NCBI GenBank assembly: GCA_046498345.1
Contig: JAWOAW010000016.1
Span: 1 to 41,549 of the forward strand
DNA: 41,549 bases
Direction: 5' to 3'
Origin: Thermoplasmatota archaeon
GTDB lineage: Archaea > Thermoplasmatota > E2 > UBA202 > DSCA01
Shown here piece by piece: positions 35,552-41,549 of this stretch. The notes beneath the pieces are model-generated. The model was given only the letters and a program-made list of their open reading frames with translations, did no database searches and was not told the DNA's origin. A program made the translations under genes and the position numbers. How positions within the stretch are numbered: the stretch's first letter is position 1; every line of letters begins with the position of its first letter.

Positions 35552-36676
35552 ATGCCACAGCCACACGGCAGCACGCTCGTCAACCGCCACGCATCGAAGG
35601 CCCCGGCGGGCATAGACGAGTTTCCATCCTTCACCGTCGACACCAACACCGCCGAGGACATCCTGAACATCGCCACCGGCGTGTTCTCCCCGCTGACCGG
35701 CTTCCTGTGCCGGAACGACCTGGACAGCGTCGTCCACCACAAGCGGCTCTCCAACGACGTCCCCTGGACGATTCCCATCCTGCTGGACATCGACACCGCC
35801 CGCATAGACGAAGGCGACACGGTGATGCTCACCAACGAGGAGACCGGCGTCAGAGCCCTGCTCGACGTCAAGGAGATCTACGGCTACGACAAGAAAACCC
35901 TGGCGGAGGAGATCTACGCCACGACCGACGACGACCATCCCGGCGTCAGGAGCGTCAACGGCATGGGCGACACCTTCGTCGGCGGCACCATCATCCTGCT
36001 CGACAGCACAAAACGAGCATTCGACGAATACAATCTCACGCCCAAGGAAACCCGGGTGCTCTTCAAGGAAAAAGGCTGGCGGGAAATCGTGGCCTTCCAG
36101 ACCCGCAACCCGCCGCATCTCGGCCACGAGTACGTCCAGAAAGCGGCGCTGACCTTCGTCGACGGCATCTTCATCAACCCCATCCTGGGCAAGAAAAAGC
36201 CCGGCGACTTCAGGGACGAGGTCATCTTGAAGGCCTATGAGACGCTCATGGAGCACTACTACCTGCAGCAGCGGTCGGTGATGTCCGTCCTGCGCACCTC
36301 GATGAAATATGCGGGCCCGCGGGAGGCCGTCCATCACGCCATCATGCGGAAAAACTTCGGCTGCACCCATTTCATCGTGGGGCGGGACCACGCCGGCGTC
36401 GGCGACTACTACGGGCCATATGACGCACATGACATCTTCGAGGAGTTCCCCGACCTGGGCATCACACCGGTGTTCTTCCGCTCGTTCTCCCGGTGCACCA
36501 AATGCGGCAGCGTGGTCAACGACAAAATCTGCCCGCACGACCCCGAGCACCACGTCATGTTCAGCGGCACCAAGATACGGAAGCTGCTCCGCAACGGCGA
36601 ACGACCGTCGGAGGACATCATGCGGAAAGAGGTCGCAGACACCATCCTCCAGTTCGAGGAGCCCTTCGTGTCGTGA
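35552..36676 (+). CDS. sat: Sulfate adenylyltransferase (ATP sulfurylase)
   Basis: FSPLTGF, WTIPI, AFQTRNPPHLGHE, YAGPREA, HFIVGRDHAGVG, Zn motif CTKC...CPH, SGTKIR. Confidence 0.97.
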   Translation: MPQPHGSTLVNRHASKAPAGIDEFPSFTVDTNTAEDILNIATGVFSPLTGFLCRNDLDSVVHHKRLSNDVPWTIPILLDIDTARIDEGDTVMLTNEETGVRALLDVKEIYGYDKKTLAEEIYATTDDDHPGVRSVNGMGDTFVGGTIILLDSTKRAFDEYNLTPKETRVLFKEKGWREIVAFQTRNPPHLGHEYVQKAALTFVDGIFINPILGKKKPGDFRDEVILKAYETLMEHYYLQQRSVMSVLRTSMKYAGPREAVHHAIMRKNFGCTHFIVGRDHAGVGDYYGPYDAHDIFEEFPDLGITPVFFRSFSRCTKCGSVVNDKICPHDPEHHVMFSGTKIRKLLRNGERPSEDIMRKEVADTILQFEEPFVS

Positions 36677-36680
36677 TACC

Positions 36681-37646
36681 ATGGCATCGCGATTGCTCCT
36701 CCACCACTGGGACACCGACGGCATCTGCTCGGCGGCGATGCTCTACACCGGCAGCGAAGACATCCGCACGCCATCCATCGGCAACTACGCGCTCACCGAG
36801 GAAGAGATACAGGACATAAAGGAAAACGACTACGACGAAATCGTTGTCGTCGACCTGGCCCTGCACGCGGAGAGCCTGCAGACCCTGGCGGCGATGACCG
36901 ACGTGACGGTGTACGACCACCATGTCACCGAACAGGTGCCGACGGTTACCTACCACAATCCCATCCTGACCGGCGCCGACGGGGAGGAATATCCCTCCGC
37001 ATCGGTCGTCGTCGCCGAGGTGCTCGACAGAGAGGACAGCCTCCTCGCCATGCTGGGCGCCGTCGGCGACTGGGAGGAGCGGCTCAAAGACATCCCCTTC
37101 TACCGCCACGTTGAAGCGTTCATGCAGCGGCATGACCTGGCATTCGAGGACCTGCACCGCATGACCCGGCTCATCGACGCCAACTACAAGGCCGGCGACA
37201 GAGCCGCGGTGGAGCAGGCCGTGGTGGACATCGCCGGGGCCGACGACGTCGCATCCTTCATCCTGGAAAACGAGGACTGGCGGCGAAAGCGAAAAAGCAT
37301 CCGACAGGAAATCCAGGCAGCCCTGGACGCGCCGGCTGAAAAGCTCGGCCCCCTCACGGTGAAGCGGCTCGACACGCCGTACAACATCATCTCCACGGTC
37401 ACCCGCCAGCTCTGGGACGGCGAATGCTACGTCATGGTGGTCAACTGCGGCTTTTTTGACGAGCAATGCCAGCTCTACGTCCGGGGCAGCGACTGCCGCC
37501 CGCTCATCAAGCAGGCCAAGGAGCACGGCTACGTAGCCGGCGGCAAACAGCACGTGCTGGGAGCCATCGTGCCACAGGATGAAATAGACGTGTTTACCGA
37601 AGAAATAATAGAGATTATCAAAAAGCAAGGAGGAAAAAATGACTGA
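36681..37646 (+). CDS. DHH family phosphoesterase (putative pAp 3'-phosphatase)
   Basis: HHWDTDG, VVDL, YDHH, YPSAS, GAVGD, and C-terminal GG (DHHA1-like). True ATG at 36681. Confidence 0.85.
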   Translation: MASRLLLHHWDTDGICSAAMLYTGSEDIRTPSIGNYALTEEEIQDIKENDYDEIVVVDLALHAESLQTLAAMTDVTVYDHHVTEQVPTVTYHNPILTGADGEEYPSASVVVAEVLDREDSLLAMLGAVGDWEERLKDIPFYRHVEAFMQRHDLAFEDLHRMTRLIDANYKAGDRAAVEQAVVDIAGADDVASFILENEDWRRKRKSIRQEIQAALDAPAEKLGPLTVKRLDTPYNIISTVTRQLWDGECYVMVVNCGFFDEQCQLYVRGSDCRPLIKQAKEHGYVAGGKQHVLGAIVPQDEIDVFTEEIIEIIKKQGGKND

Positions 37647-38247
37647 GCAGAAAGCAACCAACGTCGTATGGCATGACCACAAGGTAGAGCGAGAGGAGCG
37701 GGAGCGCCTGCTGGGGCAGAACGGCATCGTCATCTGGTTCACCGGGCTCTCCGGCAGCGGAAAGTCCACCGTGGCCAACGAGGTGGCGCACCGGCTGCAC
37801 GAGCAGGGCAAGCTGGCCTACATCCTGGACGGCGACAACGTCCGCCACGGGTTGAACAAGGACCTGGGCTTCTCCCCCGAGGACCGCTCGGAGAACATCC
37901 GCCGGATATCCGAGGTGGCGGCATTGTTCGCCGACGCAGGCGTGATAACCGTCACCGCGTTCATCTCCCCCTACGCCAAGGACCGAAACTTCTGCCGGGA
38001 GCTGGTGGGCAACGACCGGTTCGTCGAGGTCTTCGCCAAGGCCTCGGTGGACGCATGCGAGGAACGCGACCCCAAGGGATTGTACAAGAAAGCCCGGGCC
38101 GGCGAAATATCGGATTTCACCGGCATCGACGCTCCCTACGAGGAACCGGAGCAGCCCGAGGTTGTCGTTGACACCGAATGTGAGACACCTGCGGAAAGCG
38201 GCATGAAGGTCATGGAGTACCTGGAATCGCAGGGATATCTCGACTGA
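37639..38247 (+). CDS. cysC: Adenylyl-sulfate kinase
   Basis: [50 protein letters not shown]. Confidence 0.98.
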   Translation: MTEQKATNVVWHDHKVEREERERLLGQNGIVIWFTGLSGSGKSTVANEVAHRLHEQGKLAYILDGDNVRHGLNKDLGFSPEDRSENIRRISEVAALFADAGVITVTAFISPYAKDRNFCRELVGNDRFVEVFAKASVDACEERDPKGLYKKARAGEISDFTGIDAPYEEPEQPEVVVDTECETPAESGMKVMEYLESQGYLD

Positions 38248-38252
38248 TAGCC

Positions 38253-38822
38253 ATGGGAGAACTCCGCAGCGACACCACCTATCTGGTCTCCGGGCTGGAA
38301 CGCTCCGGCACATCGATGATGATGCAGATACTGGCCCACGGAGGCGTCCCCGTGGCCTTCGACCGGTCGCGGGAGGCAGACGTCCACAACCCCAAGGGCT
38401 ACTACGAGCTGGAAGGCGGCAAAATCATCAACCGGCTCATGGACGGCACCTTTCCCTTCGAAAAATACTACGGGACCTTTATTAAGATAACCGCCTACGG
38501 CCTCAAGTTTCTGCCCCGGGGCTGCTACAGGGCCATCTACATGCTGCGCGACCTCGACGAGATCATGGACTCCATGGAAAAAATGTCGGGCGGCATCGAC
38601 CGCGAGCAGGAAAAACCGGCCTTCCGTCATCTCAACCGGTTTGCCAAGCAGCTGCTCCGCGACCGCGGCGACATCGAGGTGCTCATGGTCCAGTATCGCG
38701 ACGTCGTGGAGCAGCCGCACGAGGAAGCCAGACGGGTCAGCCGGTTTCTCGACGGCGCTCTCGACGTGGAAGCGGGCACTGCGGCCGTCGACCCGGACCT
38801 GTATAGAAACGTAAAAAAATAA
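38253..38822 (+). CDS. Sulfotransferase-family protein (PAPS-dependent)
   Basis: VSGLERSGTSMMMQIL (5'-PSB loop), NPKGYYE, MLRD...S (3'-PB), Y.D.V..P. Confidence 0.85.
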   Translation: MGELRSDTTYLVSGLERSGTSMMMQILAHGGVPVAFDRSREADVHNPKGYYELEGGKIINRLMDGTFPFEKYYGTFIKITAYGLKFLPRGCYRAIYMLRDLDEIMDSMEKMSGGIDREQEKPAFRHLNRFAKQLLRDRGDIEVLMVQYRDVVEQPHEEARRVSRFLDGALDVEAGTAAVDPDLYRNVKK

Positions 38823-38903
38823 ACATCTGTTACCAACGGGGGGAGGCCCGCGTCGCCCCGCCCCCTCTTCCCGGAGGCATAGCATCGGCAGGCAAGGGAT
38901 ACC

Positions 38904-40343
38904 GTGGCACAGGAACCGTCAGAGAAAAAGGAGACATCCGAGCGATCCGTCAGCGAGCTGTACCCACTGCGGGGAAGGGACATCTCGTTTATCGTCCTGT
39001 CCTTCGCCGTCGTCGCCGCGGCATGGCTGCTGCCCACGCCCTCCGGCCTGACGCACGAGGGGCAGGTGATGCTGGGCATCCTGGCCATGGCCGTCATTTT
39101 ATGGATAACGACGCCCATCCCCATCGCGGTGACCGCGCTGCTGGTCATGATTATGCAGCCCCTGATGAGCGTGATGCCCGCCAGCGAGGTGTTCCATGCG
39201 TTTGGCAACGAGGCCGTGTTCTTTCTCATCGGGGCCTTCGTGCTGGCCAGCGCCATCGAGCGGCACGGCCTGCATCGCCGCATCGCATTGCGCTTTCTGC
39301 GTGCCTTCCGGCAGAGCCCCCGGATGTTTACCTTTGGCATCATGGTGTCGTCGGCGCTGCTGTCGTTTATCATGCCGGAGCACGGCGTGGTGGCATTGTT
39401 TCTGCCCATCGTGACCTCGATTTTGATTGCGATGCGCGTGGTGCCCGGCCAGAGCAACTTCGGCCGGGTGAGCATGCTATGCATCGCGTATGGCTGCTCG
39501 ATTGGCAGCCTGGGAACCCCGATAGGCGGCGCCCGGAACCCGTTGACCATCAGTGTGCTCGCCGACGCCGGCATCCAGGTCTCCTTTTTCGAGTGGATGA
39601 GCTATTCGACGCCCGTGGTGTTCATCGCGCTGCCCGTGGTATGGCTCATCCTGCATTTCACGTTTCCATTGGAGGTCGACGACATCTCGGAGGCCCGGAA
39701 AAAAATCGACGACCGGGTGCAGGAGATGGGGTCGATGAGCCGACCGGAGTTAACCGTGGGTGCCATCCTCGCCGTCACCATCGCATTATGGATGTTCGCC
39801 TCGCAGGAGCTCGGCCTGGCGGTCATCGCATTGCTGGGCAGCGCGCTGCTATTTTTCACCGGCACGATTTCATGGGAGGACGTGGAAAAGCGGGTGCCCT
39901 GGGGGGTGGTGCTGCTGTACGGCGGCGCCATCACGCTGGGAATGAGCCTGAAGGAGACCGGCGCCGCCCAGTGGATCGTGGACCTCATCATCAGCACCGG
40001 CAGCGAACCCTACGTCATCCTGCTGGTGCTCATCGTGCTCACCATCGCGATTACCAATTTTATTTCCAACACCGCCGCCGTTGCCATGCTGCTGCCCATC
40101 GGCCTGGCCATCGCCAGCGAGATGCCCGGCATCAGCCCGCTGCTGTCGTCGATGACCATCGCGCTGTCCGGCGGCCTGGCTTTCATGCTGGTCATCGCCA
40201 CGCCGGGCAACGCCATCACCTATTCGGCGGGCTATTTTTCGACGCGTGACCTGCTGAAGGGGGGTACCATCGCCAACCTGGTCTGCATCGGCGTGATATT
40301 TGCCGTGGCCCTGTTATACTGGAAGGGTGTCCTGGGGCTGTAG
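38904..40343 (+). CDS. SLC13/DASS family Na+/anion (sulfate or dicarboxylate) symporter
   Basis: PIPIAVTAL, GLHRRIAL, SIGSLGTPIGGARN, ISNTAA, FMLVIATPGNAI.Y. Confidence 0.93.
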   Translation: MAQEPSEKKETSERSVSELYPLRGRDISFIVLSFAVVAAAWLLPTPSGLTHEGQVMLGILAMAVILWITTPIPIAVTALLVMIMQPLMSVMPASEVFHAFGNEAVFFLIGAFVLASAIERHGLHRRIALRFLRAFRQSPRMFTFGIMVSSALLSFIMPEHGVVALFLPIVTSILIAMRVVPGQSNFGRVSMLCIAYGCSIGSLGTPIGGARNPLTISVLADAGIQVSFFEWMSYSTPVVFIALPVVWLILHFTFPLEVDDISEARKKIDDRVQEMGSMSRPELTVGAILAVTIALWMFASQELGLAVIALLGSALLFFTGTISWEDVEKRVPWGVVLLYGGAITLGMSLKETGAAQWIVDLIISTGSEPYVILLVLIVLTIAITNFISNTAAVAMLLPIGLAIASEMPGISPLLSSMTIALSGGLAFMLVIATPGNAITYSAGYFSTRDLLKGGTIANLVCIGVIFAVALLYWKGVLGL

Positions 40344-40396
40344 GAAACGAAAAGGTAAAATAAGACCATGTCTTTACCCAGGCAAACCCTTCAAGG

Positions 40397-41257
40397 ATGC
40401 ACATGTTCCGGCACATTCTGCTCCCCATCTCATCGGAATTCTATCCCCGCAAGGCCCTTGAACGGGCGCTTTTTATAGCAGATACCATGGGGAGCGCCAT
40501 CACGGTGATGTACGTCATCGAGCGGAAGATCATCAACCAGACGGACAGGCTCTCCGACGCCTACCGCACCAAGTATGAGCGGGAGGAGACCACCGAGGAC
40601 ATCACCGAGGAGTACAAGAACGCGGCGGACAACATCGTGTTCACCGACGCGAAAAAGTTCAGGAGCCCCGACCTCGCCTACGAGGAAAAAGTGGTGGAGG
40701 GCGAGTACAGCACCATGGTCCAGCAGGAGCTCGCCACCGGAGACTACGACCTGGTGATGATGGGGTTCCAGAAGCAGTGCATCCTCAACTACCGCATCCT
40801 CGACGACGCCGAGGTGCCCGTCTGGGTGGAAGCCGGCGGCAAGGGCAGCCAGCAGATTATCGCCGTCTGCACCAACCTGGGCATGAACACCATGGTGCCC
40901 CGTATCAGCGGGGAGCTCGCCGACGCGCTCGGCTGGGACCTCCATGTCCTCTACGTGGTCGACACCGAGGACAGCGTCCAGGTGGACACGGCGGGGGAGC
41001 GCTCCGGGCGGAAACCGGTGGGCGACCTGACGGACACCGGCGAGCGGTTTCTGGATGACATCGACCGGCCCAGCGTGACCACGAGCCTGGTGACGGGCAG
41101 CCTGCCGAAGGAGATGGCGAAGGCCGCCCGGCAGTTCAACGCCAGCCTGGTCGTGGTCGGCCAGCAGCAGAAAAAGCGCCTGCTGAAAAACCTGGGGAAG
41201 AGCACCCGGCGGAAGATCGCGGAGACCTGCGAGTATTCTGTCCTGTTTGTCGGCTGA
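40397..41257 (+). CDS. Tandem universal stress protein (Usp)
   Basis: FRHILLPI, DLVMMG, second domain ending LVVVG...LG....IA.....SVLFV. Confidence 0.85.
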   Translation: MHMFRHILLPISSEFYPRKALERALFIADTMGSAITVMYVIERKIINQTDRLSDAYRTKYEREETTEDITEEYKNAADNIVFTDAKKFRSPDLAYEEKVVEGEYSTMVQQELATGDYDLVMMGFQKQCILNYRILDDAEVPVWVEAGGKGSQQIIAVCTNLGMNTMVPRISGELADALGWDLHVLYVVDTEDSVQVDTAGERSGRKPVGDLTDTGERFLDDIDRPSVTTSLVTGSLPKEMAKAARQFNASLVVVGQQQKKRLLKNLGKSTRRKIAETCEYSVLFVG

Positions 41258-41481
41258 CATCTGGACGTGTCTGTATAACGATGGTGCATAGCATCGTCAG
41301 CACGTGCCGGCGGGCCTCCCCGGTCGCGGCCGGCAAGCATACCGGCAAACATATTTAAAAACGGGCGATTATGTAGTATTCTTATGCATATCGCAGCGGC
41401 AGTGCTGGCATGGACACCGGCACGGCAGACATCCCGGCCCCATGCAGCCCCGCTGCGGCACATGTTGTTGAGGTGGCTATC

Positions 41482-41549
41482 ATGAACGATACAACACCCG
41501 GAGCGTACCCCGCCGACATGCTGTCGGCCCTTATGAACGAAACCCTCGA
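41482..41549 (+). CDS. 5' fragment of an unidentified CDS running off the window
   Basis: SD GAGGTG, then ATG and an open frame MNDTTPGAYPADMLSALMNETL... Confidence 0.5.
   Translation, partial: MNDTTPGAYPADMLSALMNETL

Noticed and set aside
35552-38247. Dissimilatory or assimilatory sulfate reduction
   Set aside because: No aprAB, dsrAB, cysH or sulfite reductase in the window. The kinase plus sulfotransferase point to sulfation.

Overview
Nearly all of the window (about 1000-41549) is GC-rich archaeal chromosome. It most likely comes from Thermoplasmatota, probably the MBG-D/Thermoprofundales/DHVEG-1 (E2) group; this is inferred from the gingipain-type C25 peptidases, PKD-rich secreted proteins, a PGF-CTERM protein, a DGGGP-synthase-like UbiA and archaeal ribosomal proteins. 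It contains, in order: (1) the S10/spc ribosomal cluster rpl3-rpl4-rpl23-rpl2-rps19-rpl22-rps3-rpl29-SUI1-rnp1-rps17-rpl14-rpl24; (2) radical SAM, macro domain, GNAT, PaaK, SerA, metallophosphoesterase and acyl-CoA ligase genes; (3) several secreted or surface proteins; (4) a prepilin peptidase and an orphan ATPase plus response regulator pair; (5) a lower-GC two-gene islet encoding a small DpnD/PcfM-like protein and a B3-like/HNH nuclease; (6) a sulfation cluster (RHH regulator, sat, DHH phosphatase, cysC, sulfotransferase, SLC13 permease, USP). The first ~1 kb is AT-rich, bacterial-looking DNA (FKBP lipoprotein) joined in frame to the 3' end of rpl24, most probably an assembly chimera. Two intergenic regions (about 14.0-14.15 kb and 19.8-19.9 kb) look like unannotated structured RNAs. 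I found no rRNA, tRNA, CRISPR array or transposase. All calls are by eye, without database searches.
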